DNA of 64,000 nucleotides from Octopus vulgaris (Eukaryota): contig OX597815.1 of NCBI GenBank assembly GCA_951406725.2, forward strand, positions 186,000,001-186,064,000, read 5' to 3'. The notes under the pieces are model-generated. The model made no database searches, was not told the DNA's origin, and saw only the letters and a list, made by a program, of their open reading frames with translations. Shown piece by piece: positions 41,512 through 55,019 of this stretch (its first letter is position 1; every line of letters starts with the position of its first letter). The position numbers and the translations under genes were made by a program.

Positions 41512-42372
41512 AAGAGAGAGAGACAAAGAGAGAGATAAAAACAGACAGACAGACAGAGACATAGACACACAGAGAGTTGGTTACGCGTATACACATATAA
41601 GCATACGATTATATATATATATATAGATATAGATATATATACATATATATGTACATACACACACATACATATATATATATATGTATATACCGACATGGGT
41701 TAACAAAAGAATACTAAAAAGTGTGTACATAATTTCTTAACGCGACAGCTGTTTCAGGAAGCTCAGAGATATATAATAATCAATGTTTATAATTTGCAGA
41801 TGGAAGGTGTAAGAATTTCTGGTTATGTAACCAATCATATGGAGATACTGCCACTAGTCCCGTCACCTGATGTGTGTACGTGGATGCGTGTGTGTGTATG
41901 CGTGCGTGGTTGTGTATAAGAACTATTCATAGTTACATGTATGCACCAGGATGTATATTTTTGCATCATGCTATCTCTCTAATACTACCCTACACACACA
42001 CACACAGATATATATATATGTGTGTGTGTGTGCGCGCGCGCGCGCGCGTCTCTGTGTGTGTCTGTGTGTAAACAAAATGACCAGCGCCTCTCAGGCTGAA
42101 CAGTAGATATAAATTGTTTTTAATGAATGTATATTTATATGAATAGAAGATTATTAGATTTCTTTTGAAAAATTATGTTTCAGGTATGAAATGAAATCAT
42201 TAACCATTAAAGTTTATAGCTTTTTGGTGTCTAGTAAACTGTACTAAAGTTACTTACCAAGTCTTATAATTAGTGTAAATAACTTACAGCTAATTCAAGT
42301 GAATTCAGTAAGAACATGGCATTAATACGAAAATATTTTCTTCAACTTGTTTCCTCAGCAGAAACAGATATA

Positions 42373-43116
42373 TTGTAATCCACCGACTATCGCGGGTTTT
42401 ACGTTCCAAAACCTCCCACATAAATAATTACAATTTAATGAAATATAAATACTTATCGGCCGCAGAAAAATGCGATATAAATTTATTGGGTTGTCTGGAA
42501 AGTTCGTGCCGCATTTTAAAGGAAAGAAAAAGGTCAATAGATACTTTCCATTACATTTTTAATCAACCATATATGAACCATTTTGTTGCACAATGCATAT
42601 CCATCTTTCCTTTAACTTGAAAATACCCTCTTCCCAGAATTGAGGTGGTTTCATGGCAAAGAATTCATCAAGGTATCTTTTTAAGTCATCCAAGGTATTG
42701 AAATTTTTACCATTAAGACTATATTCTGCAGAGACCTGAATAAGTGGCAATCCGAAGGAGCAATATCTGGTGAATATGGAGGGTGGGGTAACACATGCCA
42801 GCCGAGCTGCAGCAATTTTTGTCTCGTTCCCAAAGCATTAAGTGCCGAAAATGAACTTTCTTATCTTCCATTTTAAAGAGTTACAGAATTAACACATGTT
42901 ATAAGAACATAAATCTCCTTCCACGAAAAGGTAGCTTAAACTGTGCTCTAAATGGAGGTGTAGTTAAATCCTATTTTATGGACTCAACCATGTTCTAAAA
43001 TAAGTCGAAAGGTAAGCTACTATAAATCGGCACGAACTTTCCGGACAACCTAATATATATATTAGCGAGGTACTGAGTGTGCGATAGGTGAACCGCGATA
43101 TGGCGAGAGATTACTG
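42373..43116. mobile_element. Tigger/pogo-like MITE interrupted by the mariner
   Basis: Imperfect TIRs (ttgtaatccaccgactatcgcgg / ccgcgatatggcgagagattactg) with TA on both sides. Confidence 0.65.
42486..43053 (-). mobile_element. Internally deleted mariner element
   Basis: TIRs ttgggttgtctggaaagttcgtgccg / cggcacgaactttccggacaacctaa, TA TSD, and a transposase remnant [47 protein letters not shown]. Confidence 0.92.
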
Positions 43117-43589
43117 TACTGAGGGAAGATAAAATGATCTTTCCAGGAAAGAATATACAATTATTTTTATAACATGCAGAAGCCGAAGTGTCGAAAAGGA
43201 TTTAATATATTCAAAATATTGGAACTACAATACATACAAGCGGTGAGAAAAATATTATGTATAAGATCTGGTATGGGCAGCAGCTTATAGGATAAAATGT
43301 TCTGAACATTGTGATGTCAGTACCTCAGAATAAACAACGGTTTCACTTTTATACCAATAGGGGACGTAAATCTAGACTTATATAAAACTGGCCGTCAGCA
43401 AGATGCAAGCCAATAACTATCAATGCTTACCGCGTACATCTGTTGCCAGGAGTAGAATTCGAGGTATAATTTCGTCTTCTAATGTGGTGCACCATTGTGG
43501 TTTATATTCTCGATGTCATGGGATATATTATTCTGAATTATTTTATATGTCATATCCTATTGCATGTTCGCGTTACTCTATATTATGTG

Positions 43590-43891
43590 ACCGTGACCGA
43601 CCAGGCTATCAGATGTTGCTACACATCGCTGGTCACAATGCGCTTCGCATTTTTTTAGCCTTCAAATGACGCCACCCCGCTGGCTAAGCGAGCAGGCCAA
43701 CAGAAGAATGAGTGAGAGAAAGTGGTGGCGAAAGAGTACGGCAAGGATCGCCACCACCTCCTGCCGGAGCCTCGTGGAGCTTTAGATGTTTTTGCTCAAT
43801 AAACACTCATAACGCCTGGTCTAAGAATCGAAACCACGATCCTACGACCACGACTCCGCTGCTCTAAACGCTGGGCCATTGCGCCTCCACC
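43590..43891 (-). mobile_element. tRNA-derived SINE-C
   Basis: Head gtggaggcgcaatggcccag..ggtttcgattc. A second copy lies at 50820-51123 and a tail fragment at 18660-18775. Confidence 0.88.
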
Positions 43892-43939
43892 TATATTATG
43901 TAGTAGTAGTATTATTGAGCATGCTTGGAGAACCAGCTA

Positions 43940-44058
43940 CAATGGCTGACATTACGCTGACGGAGTTTGGTACGCAAGAGATTCATTAGGATTGTCTTTC
44001 CAGTTTTACCATGAACATCTAGGAAATAAATTCCAACTTCTTGATGCTGAATGCTATA
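43940..44058 (-). pseudogene. Helitron/PIF1-family helicase motif I fragment
   Basis: GIYFLDVHGKTGKTILMNLLRTKLR resembles the Helitron helicase segment 'G.FFLDAPGGTGKTFLINLLLAKIR'. Confidence 0.65.
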
Positions 44059-44059
44059 C

Positions 44060-44418
44060 ACGCCACACACACACACATACACAATACACACTCTACATAC
44101 ATACACACATACACACACACACACACACACATACATATACACACACCGCGCACACGCACACACACACACACCACACACGCAAATTTTTTTAAATCTTTAT
44201 CACTTTATAAATGTTATAACTTTATAACTACATACCACACGCATGCACACACACGCACCCACATACACACACACCACACACACACAGACACACACACACA
44301 CACATACACACTACACACATACACACACACCACACACACACATATACACACACCGCGCACACGCACACACACACACGCAAATTTTTAAAAATCTTTATCA
44401 CTTTACAACTGTTATAAG
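44060..44418. repeat. Two-unit tandem duplication of a CA-rich ~190-bp unit
   Basis: caccgcgcacacgc..cgcaaattttt..aaatctttatcacttta..tgttataa occurs twice. Confidence 0.8.
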
Positions 44419-45297
44419 TTGTCCTATAAATCAGTTGTCCTCGATGTCCATTGTCCTATTTATCAGTTTTCTTATAAAATTTGTGTACATTTACACACAT
44501 AAGAGGTGCCTAGACAGGACACCTAGCATACTAGAAGGACCAGTCAAATCCAAACCACGGTTAAGAGTTATTTCGAACGGAAATAGACTATTTTCTGCAT
44601 GCTAGGCAACTGGTAGAAAAAATTTCTATAATTTTTTCCTACCCTGTATATTTTTCCAATCAGTTGTCTTAGATATCAATTGTCAAGAAATGAGTTGTCT
44701 GACAGAAATTGTCCGGGAATGAATTGTTCTGATATCAGTTGCCCTAGATCCTTCCAGCCGAGCACCTTAATGCCTGCACATATAAAATATGCAGTGTAGT
44801 TCGTTTCCTCTACGTTACAGATATAAATTTACACAGGTTTGAATTTTTAAGAAGAGATTTCTAACAACAACTGCTTTGAAACAACTCATAACCTAAGAGA
44901 TAGCTGAAGCAAAGAAAAGAAGAAAAAATATTAAGCATATTGCAAAAGTAATTTCGTCTTTTCTTCTCTAGTAACAACTTAAACCTTGCATTATCACAGA
45001 TTTAAAGAAACCTGTTAAGATAGCACATCATACAGAAATGACACGAAACCATAAAATTTACTTGCTGATAATACTTACTCTTTTGCTATAGAAACTGAAA
45101 ACGCAAAATTATCCATTCTGATTCCAAGAAGATATCTGGAGAAATAAACATAGTTGAAAATAATAGGTTTTCATGATTAATTGCACATGTGACCCAATTC
45201 TTCATTCTTGCAAATATATTCAGTATATTTCACTACAGCCACCGTTTATATGTGTATATGAGCGTATATATGTAAGATGGTACGATAGGATATATAT

Positions 45298-45430
45298 ATG
45301 GTTGAAATTTACAGAAAAACAAACGACGAAGACAGGTGTATTAGTTTGACGCCGCTCGGGGTCGTAAGAAAATCTTTTACATTTCGAGCCTACGCTCTTC
45401 AACAGAAAGGAACACGATGAATTAAACAGA
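45298..45430 (-). mobile_element. Family B short element (motif at 45374-45409)
   Basis: Sense: CUUU CUGUUGA A GAGC-GUAG-GCUC GAAA UG UA AAAG; the 3' end abuts a short (TA)n. Confidence 0.8.
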
Positions 45431-45814
45431 TAGTATTTTTTAAAAATTGGAGTTAGGGGTCAGTCATGGTGACTGGCTGGACAAAAGTAGTTAGACAGGA
45501 GAGCTAGGAAGAAGGGGAGTATTGGTGATCCCAAAATGAAGGTGCGCGCGCATGTGTATGTGAGAGTGTGTAAGTGTATGCGTGTGGATAGGGGCTGGTG
45601 ACTTTGACGTGTGGATGTGTGTGCGTCTGTAATGTATGGGTGTGTGGATGATGGTGTCGGTGCTGGGAGGTTGTCAGTGCTAGTGTGTGCAGAGTGATGT
45701 AGGGTGGTGTGGGTATGTGAGGGTAGGGGTGGAGTATGTGGGAGTGGGATGTTTGGGGGTGGCGTGTGCATGGAGGGGTTATGAATGAAGGGAGTATGTG
45801 GGTAGGAGAGAAGA

Positions 45815-45905
45815 CAAGCTTAGGATTAATCTTCAAGTTTCCACTCAAATTGGCGCAAAAGGCGAGAGTTAGCCTATCTTTCATAGGCTTGTGAGCTGAC
45901 ATCTT
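45815..45905 (-). pseudogene. Tigger/pogo transposase fragment
   Basis: SAHKPMKDRLTLAFCANLSGNLKINP matches the pogo DDE-domain motif GHKPMKDRLTL.LCANASGD.K.KP. Confidence 0.75.
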
Positions 45906-45919
45906 TTTCGACCAAATCG

Positions 45920-46060
45920 ATCAAATCGACCCCAAGACTTATTCTTTGTAAGCCTAGTACTTATTCTATCAGTCTCTTTTACCGAACCACTAAGTTATGG
46001 GGATGTAAACACACCAACATCAGTTGTCAAGCGATGGTGTGGGGACAAACACAGACAGGC
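45920..46060 (-). mobile_element. SINE-B 3' fragment
   Basis: atcgaccccaagacttattctttgtaagcctagtacttattctatc match. Confidence 0.85.
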
Positions 46061-46063
46061 ATA

Positions 46064-46103
<40 letters not shown>

Positions 46104-46134
46104 AATATATATATACACACATATATAAACATAT

Positions 46135-46194
<60 letters not shown>

Positions 46195-46807
46195 GTGTGC
46201 AGATAGCCTCTTACACCATTTTCGAGAAAAGTTACAAAAATGGTTTGTTTTGTGTTTCCCAGCAAACGAAAAACTATCCATGCAGTAACTGTCTGTTCCA
46301 TGGACAGAGTGAAAAAACATAGGAGATAGATCCTTAGTCGAATATATGATTTGGGAAGTATTTAATTTTTACATTTGGATGAATGCGTATTTAAATTGTG
46401 TTTATGCTCCGTTTTTTTTTTGTCTACTCTACATATACCTGCTCAATGATAAACCACTTATAGCCGTTCATTGATAGGCAGCTGTAACGCTACTACCTCT
46501 TGTTGCAGTTCATGTCGGAATTTTATTTGGAAAAATCAACTTGAGCACTTGTTATGAATAGTTAATACTATTGGGATTAGCTGTGCCTCAGTCAGAGAGG
46601 ATGGCGTAAGGAGGTGTAAGAGATGGGTCGGTCGAAGGACTATCGGAGGGCGAAGAGTTTGCTAGAATAGATTGTCACACTCGAAGGTTCGTAGGTTTCA
46701 ACCAGAAATTTACAGGTATCAGCAGAAGAAGAACCACTAGAAACACCCGAGGAAACATCTAGATGGCACTGGTTGAAAAAGTAATTAGTAAGGGTGAAAA
46801 GAATACC

Positions 46808-47001
46808 TATTTCTTTACAACCTACAAGGGGCTAAACACAGAGAGGACAAACAAGTACAGAAAAACGAATTAAGTCGATTATATCGACTCCGAAAGGATG
46901 AAAGGCAAATTCGACCTCGGCGGAATTTGAACCTAGCGGCAGACGAAATACGGCTACGCATTTCGCCCGGCCTGTTAACGTTTCTGCCAGCTCGCCGCTT
47001 C
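46808..47001 (-). mobile_element. SINE-A with 18-bp target-site duplication
   Basis: aagggtgaaaagaatacc at 46790-46807 and 47002-47019. Confidence 0.9.
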
Positions 47002-48295
47002 AAGGGTGAAAAGAATACCGTTGTGCCACAAGCCTTGGTTAGATCATCCTAAGACGAGTTGCCTGGATAATGGTTTTATATTGTATGACTCGCAACACTC
47101 AGTGACCACAGAAAACATCAACGGTGATATAGGAAGTATTGCATCTGAAGACGTAAGTTGAACCAAACATAGTTCGTAACTTGAGTTACTATGTACTACA
47201 ACTTCGTATTAAGTCGCGTAACTAGGCCTTTCTTACTTTAAGTGTTAAAGCAATATATAAATAATATTCGGATGTTCTAATTTCCTGTTCTTTCTATTCG
47301 TACTGATATTAGTTTGAATATTTAATTTCCATATCAATAAAATTGTCAATAGTGATGCTAATGAGCATAAGCCAGGAAAGATAAATTCAAAAATGCTACC
47401 ATATATAGCGTTAAAATTAGTGATAACATACATGTGCACACGCAGAGATAACGGAGACTTAAATATCTGAATTCATAAAAATGATTTAGCAGCCTGAAAT
47501 AAATAAACAAAAAGATACTAAGGGTTTAGCTTTGCATTCATGATATACCTGATGTATTCATTTATATACAATATATTATCTTCTTATTTGCAAATGTTAT
47601 TTTATAAGCGACGTAGTAAATGGTTTGCGTTTGATGGTTGTGGTTGTGTATAAAAATATATAAAATATGTAAAACCGTTTAAAATATTAATTCAATGAAT
47701 CAACGCTAATAAATGGATATGAATATTTATATTTGTGTTGTCATGAACCACCATATTTAAAATAGATAGGAGTAAATTAAAATAAAAATATTGAAGTTAA
47801 AATAAACTATTGAAGAATCATTTTTCTCAGTAATGTGCGTTTCTTTTTAGAGTATTCTTCCAATCAATGTTATCCTTGATCTTCTGTATTCACATTACGC
47901 AGTAATGAAGCAAGACATGAATGGCTGCCTTATGCTTTAAGGCTTCGAACGTGTGCCATGCGTTAACAAAGCTATTTGGGATACTTGGGGGGAAATGAGG
48001 GACTCGGTAGAGGTTGCCTAAGCAACGCGAATAGATGACAGTTCATTCACTAGGGCGTGTAGCAGCAACTTATTTTGGTATGACACGTTGCTACTGTGAT
48101 AAAATTTCAAGAACATTCGCCCGTTCTTTAACTTACAATTGCACGTAATCAATTGAGTACCGTAGAATAACATTTGATCAACCATTATTCATAACCAGCT
48201 ACACACATGGTTTTAGAGTTTGATATGAAAGAAATAATTGAGTACTGTCATATAAAACTATGATAATATTGATGGCACCTTGGGTAAGTGTCTTC

Positions 48296-48393
<98 letters not shown>

Positions 48394-48445
48394 TGATAAG
48401 GAAAATAAGACAAGGTAGAAAATGCTAAAATAATTTTATCATGTA

Positions 48446-48479
<34 letters not shown>

Positions 48480-48486
48480 CATATAC

Positions 48487-48557
<71 letters not shown>

Positions 48558-49907
48558 CACCTCCAGAAACACACTAAAAGAAAATCGAATCTGAAGTTCC
48601 TTGGTTGTCATCCAATCTTGTGGATATTCCTCTCTAGAGTTTAAAAAAAATTAATAATCCATTTCGAATCTTTTATGCATATTTATCGACCCAGCCATTT
48701 ATCCATTCTATATAAAGTGTTAAAACAAAATAATGTAACAATAGAGGAATGCAAATGCATTTGTATTATTAAAGAATCGTTTGAAGAGCGAAATTGTTTA
48801 CTTGTAAATGCATATCGTCACAAATATCGATATTTTTCATAGTAACCGAACTATCGTTGGTATAGACGAAAGACAAGAGCGATGTCATCTACAAATGTCA
48901 GTAAATAACCATAAACGAATGAGCATATATCAAAGCAATGTTCCAGTGTAGCCTTCACGTGATGGCTGAATCAAACTAAAGAATATGTAACATGCAAATA
49001 AATTCAATAGTAAATCTTTTGTTCTCTGAATTCAATTCCTTTGTCAATCACTGGCTAGGCACATAAGAAAGTATCATATAAAAATACACTTGATAAATAA
49101 AACATCGAATCTCATACTTGCATGAATCCTTTACAACACACTATTATCTGACTTCATTGTGAATTCATTCTGAATTCAATTGAAAGCAAATTATTTTAAT
49201 TTTTCTTAGAATTCAAACACGCAATTAACTGGATGTTTTATTGAGAATGTCAGGAAAATTTCTCCTTCAAAATATTGTTGCATTTCTAATTTATTCGGCT
49301 ACAGTAATAAAACAGAAGCCAGACACTTGATACACAAAGCAAAGGTCGAACAAACAATAAAGATATTAAATATTGAACACGCAGCTATTTTTATTCATCA
49401 CAGTTGAGTGAGTGCGCTAGATATCTTTATATTCTAAACAATCATGCCCCGAAGAGATGTTTCGATTGCTACATCTCTTTTTTCTATTTTTCTTAATGTC
49501 AAATGATATTAATATACTATCAAGACTGGAGCTGTAAACTAAGGTGCAAATCCCAGAGGGCAGAATTCGTGACACGCTCTCAGTTTTACAACAGAAATCC
49601 GCTCTCTACGTCCGTATAGCTAATAACTGAATTGTAACTGTCTGTTCCCTCGTCTGGAAATTCTGTACAGTCAATAAAATGTTTTTATAAGCTACTTTCA
49701 CTTGGCAGTAAAACCTGACGTTGGCCTTAGCTGGAATGAATTTAACGCCTATAATATTTTCCGATTTATGAAAACAAACATATCTCCCGAATAAGGGGCG
49801 ATTGCATTATCGATGGCACCACACAAAGACTAAATTCTGTTCGCTTTCAGTTCAGTTGTAACAATTCCTCTAATTAATTTCACTAATTGCTTAGTCTCGA
49901 CAGTATT

Positions 49908-50132
49908 TATTTCTTTATTGCCCACAGGGGGCTAAACATAGAGGGGACAAACAAGGACAGACAAACGGATTAAGTCGATTACACCGACCCAAGTACTTAT
50001 TTAATCGACCCCGAAAGGATGAAAGGCAAAGTCGACCTCGGCGGAATTTGAACTCAGAACGTAACGGCAGACAAATTACCGCTAAGCATTTATTTCGCCC
50101 GGCATGCTAACGATTCTGCCAGCTCGCCGCTC
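49908..50132 (-). mobile_element. SINE-A with ~16-bp TSD
   Basis: tagtctcg(a/g)cagtatt on both sides. Confidence 0.9.
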
Positions 50133-50319
50133 TAGTCTCGGCAGTATTGCATCCGTCTAAATTTGTAATCTATCGGAATATGGCAGAATGAAGCATTTCG
50201 TAGTATTTTCTAATATAGCAAAATATCATATAATTTGGAGGAAAATTATTAACTTCATGTATATACAAAAATTCTCAAATAGTTACTAATACATTTTTGA
50301 TATAGACAATATTAAGCAC

Positions 50320-50380
<61 letters not shown>

Positions 50381-50724
50381 ACACATGTCAGACATGTTTT
50401 AAAAGTAAACAAACAGAATTACGATTTCATTTAATGGTAATTAAATAACCGCAAATGAAAACTAATTTAAAATCTATAAATTCAGTTAATTATTGTAGAA
50501 AATCATGGATTCATTATTTGTGATAGCGTTTATGCTTTCCTAAATAACCAAGAAAAGTTTGTTCTATTCAAATATATTCTTTTGCCTGAAGGAAGACATA
50601 CAGTAAGAATCTCTGATTTAAGTCGGAGTGAATCAGCGAACACACACACACACACACACACACATACATGTACACTCATGTACGCACACACACTCATGTA
50701 TGTATGTATATATATATATATATA

Positions 50725-50773
<49 letters not shown>

Positions 50774-50819
50774 GTATAAATATATATACCATATATATAT
50801 CCATGTATATATATCAGCG

Positions 50820-51123
50820 TGATCACCGTGACCGGCCAGGCTATCAGATGTAGTTACACATCGCTGGTCACAATGCGTTCGCATTGTTTTAGCCTTCGAA
50901 TGACTCCACCCCGCTGGCTAAGCGAGCAGGCCAACAGAAGAAAGAGTGAGAGAAAGTTGTGGTGAAAGAGTACAGCAGGGATCACCACCCCCTGCCGGAG
51001 CCTCGTGGAGATTTTAGGTGTTTTTGCTCAATAAACACACACAACGCCCGGTCTAGGAATCGAAACCGCGATCCTACGACCGCGAGTCCGCTGCCCTAAC
51101 CACTAGGCCATTGCGCCTCCACG
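50820..51123 (-). mobile_element. SINE-C, full length
   Basis: Matches 43590-43891. Confidence 0.88.
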
Positions 51124-51151
51124 TGTATATATATATATATATTCATATATT

Positions 51152-51311
51152 TATTTTTTTTCTCTCCTTGTTTTTTCTGTGTCCCTTTCTGTAGAAGAGC
51201 GTAGGCTCGAAACGTAAAAGGCCTTTTCTATTCCTGAAGGTTATACTAATACATCTGTTTGTTTTGTACACCAGCTGTCTTCATCTTTTGTTTTTTTTGT
51301 AAACTCTCCCT
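51152..51311 (+). mobile_element. Family B short element (motif at 51184-51221)
   Basis: CCUUU CUGUAGA A GAGC-GUAG-GCUC GAAA CG UA AAAGG, with (TA)n on both sides. Confidence 0.85.
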
Positions 51312-51329
51312 ATATATATATATATACAT

Positions 51330-51750
51330 ACCAGGTTGAGCAAAAAGTTTTTTGCATTTCACAATTTAATTTTTAGTTTAAACAAAGTACGAAAAGCGTT
51401 TATTCATCAAAATATATTCCATCATATTCATCATATTCTACTGTCTATTGCCATTGTTGTGCCAAAAGCTCGAATTTGAACCTCATTCACTCCGTCCGTG
51501 GAGGAAATGAGCCATTACCTGGAAAAGACGGTAATCTGAAAGGGCAACGCCAGGACTGTAGGCAGGGGGAGGCAGTACTTACTGACCGGGCCTTCAAAAT
51601 ATTATACACTCGCCGTAGTTGATAAGCGTAAAGGTTATTGTTCACGGCATCAATTTCTGGGACAACATCCCCTCGAAATTCTATGAAAGACACAAAAATA
51701 CCTTCTTTTCAGACTACACTTGTTTGACTGCAGATTCTCAAATAAGACAC
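51330..51750 (-). pseudogene. Degraded mariner transposase 3' part
   Basis: ..AVNNNLYAYQLRRVYNILKAR../LPPPAYSPGVALSDYRLFQVMAHFLHG (YSPDLAPSDY motif), with a TIR-like end next to TA at ~51330. Confidence 0.7.
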
Positions 51751-53230
51751 AAGTTGAAAGAAAGTGAATGCACACGAGAAAATTTCTTTGTGATTAAATA
51801 TGTTCAAAAAAATGAAATGTTCTTGAAAATTCAAGAAGTCAATAAAATTCACAGTAATAGAAAATGATAAAAGTTCAAATGTTCGATACATTTTGTAACA
51901 ATAATACATGATTGAAAGTTCAATAGCTTCCAAAATATTAAGTTATACTAGAAACTACGTACGTTGTAGTTTCAAGAAATAAGAAAAAAATTGTTACATG
52001 TTCTGTCCCTGTGAATGAAGAAGTAATGTTCGTCGTTTGCTTTACTGGTGGAAATTTGTATTATTTCAAGCCGATATTGATTTGTATCGATATATATCGG
52101 TTGATGTCCTAATTGGTTACTTACTCAAAGACGTCATTTGTTTTTGTCTTCCAGTAACCTAGCGTTCTAGTTAGCCGATAGCCTGAGTACGTCATTTGTT
52201 TATCAAATATTCTGGTCACTTATTTTCGTTTGGCATTAGTCTCTGACTGACTGCCTGGAGACGTCATTTATCAACAGTTTCGATCAATTGTTTTTGTTCA
52301 AGTGCTCTGGCTGAATGATTTATCTCTGGACATCACTTGTTTACCAAATGTCTTGGCCACTTGTGTATCTCTGACAGTGGTCACTTGTTTTTCCAAAGTT
52401 AGGATCGGCTGAATGTTTAAAAACGTCATTTGTGTTCTTTTTTTCCAGAGGGTCCGGTTTTAACGAAAACCAAACCCCAACTGGTCAATCCTATGATGAC
52501 GTCATCTATTAGTTTCGAAAACGTCTAATGTATAGTGGTTAGAAGTTAGGGCTTTGAATCCTGAACGAAACCTCTTAATTCGTTTTGGATTTTTATTATT
52601 TTTTGTTGTTTCTAATTGTTTTTTGTTGGATTGAGTAAACTGTATCATTCTCTCGCGTTGTTAGAAAGTATTTAGTTTTGGTTTATATTTCTCAATAAAC
52701 ATATCTTCTTTATTTAATCGAAATTGGACTGAGGTGCCCCTATGTAGTGATATAAAGGGAAAATTTGATATTTGGATACTTGTTCTCTGAGCAAAGATTT
52801 CGATGTTTACTCAAGCATATTTTTCTGATCCTGGGGACATGCATCACATGGCAGTTCGCCGCCATTTTGTCCCTCAAATTTAGATTTGTTTGTCTTATAT
52901 AGTTTTCACAATTAAAACTTTAGACAGGACCAGCCACAAACGAGAACCTATCATAGATTAAGGTTTTAGAGAAGACCAGACAACGACATTAATGGAAAAC
53001 TAATATATTCCGCCGAAATCTAGGTGTCATGTTTTAGACTCAGTGGACGGTGTTCCTGTCTACCAAATTCTGCTATTGTTCTACCAAATTCTGATATTGG
53101 TTGTCCCGGAGACATAAGACTCGCACGAAATCAAATGATTGTGAAGCGATGTTCTTAATCACATACACATGACTATGGGTATGTATATGTGTCTTTATAT
53201 ATACACATGTGGGTATACATGTGCGCGCGC

Positions 53231-53271
<41 letters not shown>

Positions 53272-54390
53272 GTGGGTCTGACGTGAGATTTTGTCCTAAG
53301 AAGCGGTTGCAAGTGAGTACTTACTGACAAAGCTCCCAAAGGCAGAAATACACATATAACTACACCACCATCGCTGTTGGATGAATTTCGCCCACTACTG
53401 CAATATTTTGCTGTTAATGAACTCGGTACGTTCATAAGAAGCACTATCTCAGGATGAACACTGTAATTAGAATGTCTTCCCGTAATGTATCTACATTAAG
53501 GATTATATGCAGATAGCTATACTAAATTTATGCTGCCAACCACTCGTTAAGACAATATCCGCCAATACTGATGTTGCAATTAGTCGGCCGGATGAGTAAA
53601 AATTTGTTACGTTTAATAGAAGCAGTATCAGTTTAAAATAGCCATTTGCGTATGATACTAAATGCATATACATCATGGAAAGCAACATTAACTGTTGTAT
53701 TGTCTCAAGATTATATCACTTATAGAAATACTGTGTTAAATAATATAAACATATATCAGTACCACAGCTAATTAAGTAAAGCAATATTCTACATTTTGCC
53801 GTATTCTACGATATATGGCGAGTAAACTGATTTCATTAAGTTTATCACATTATCAAAATTCCTACAAACGCTGCATTGCAGATAGTTGGTTGGAACTAGA
53901 TTAGATTCTGAAATTAAGAAACGTTTTGAATTACGCATTGTATAAATAGTTAAATGTCAATAAATATTTAATTACTCATTATCAGAGAATTATCTAAACT
54001 GTTCCTTACTATTCACAAGCGTTCATTTTCTATTCATTCAACGGTAAGCATTCAGTAATACTAAGCACTCATCCATATACAATATATCTTTAGAAAAGAA
54101 CGCGATGCAATATATTTCGCGATCCCAGTTGATTAGAAACCATTTAAGTACTTATCGGCTCTGTAGAGAGATTTTCAGACTAAGTACATAGAGCAATTAA
54201 TTATCGTTACCTTTTAAATGAAAACTAATTGAAAATATTGAATAAAGTTGATGAAGGAATGCAAAAACAAACGATAGCCAAACATTCATTTAGCGTCTGT
54301 ACATAGTGTTCTGTTCGAAAGTTCATTACTGTTGGAAATCTCACTTTTGTCTATTTATCACCTTTCCTCTTGCGTGTTTCTGCATGCGCG

Positions 54391-54423
<33 letters not shown>

Positions 54424-55019
54424 CTGTGTATCTGTGTGTGTATGTGTGTGTGTGTGTTTAATTTACAACGAAAGAGCCGGCAAAATAGTTACCAGGATAG
54501 CCAAATGTCACATAAGCAATTTAAGATATTAGCAACAACACGTATATTGGTAATAATTCCAAGGAGAAGTGAGACGGGTGTTGGAGAACATAAGATAAAT
54601 GGAAAAATAGAGACAAACGCACAAGATGTTATTTAAATTATTTATATCGTTGATGGATGCATTACAATTAATTCGCAAGGAAAAATAATGTGGAATAATG
54701 TATCAATCTTATCAGGGAGATTATAAATAACAGTGTTCATTAAAAAGCCATTTTTACCGATGTAAGAAATTATAACATGTAATATATAATATATGAAAAA
54801 TAAAAGGTGGATACGGAAGGCTAGTAACTATAAAATACCGTTTAGAAATTTTAAGTTATAGGACGATAGAAAAAGAAAAAGATGGAGAAAATTAAAAGTG
54901 TAATGGAGGAATAAACAAATAGAAGGTGAATGACAAATGAATAGAAATGATAAAGGAAAGAATGGGATGTATGGAATGAAAAGAATGAAGTGAAAGTAAC
55001 AGATGTCATTTGGCAAACG

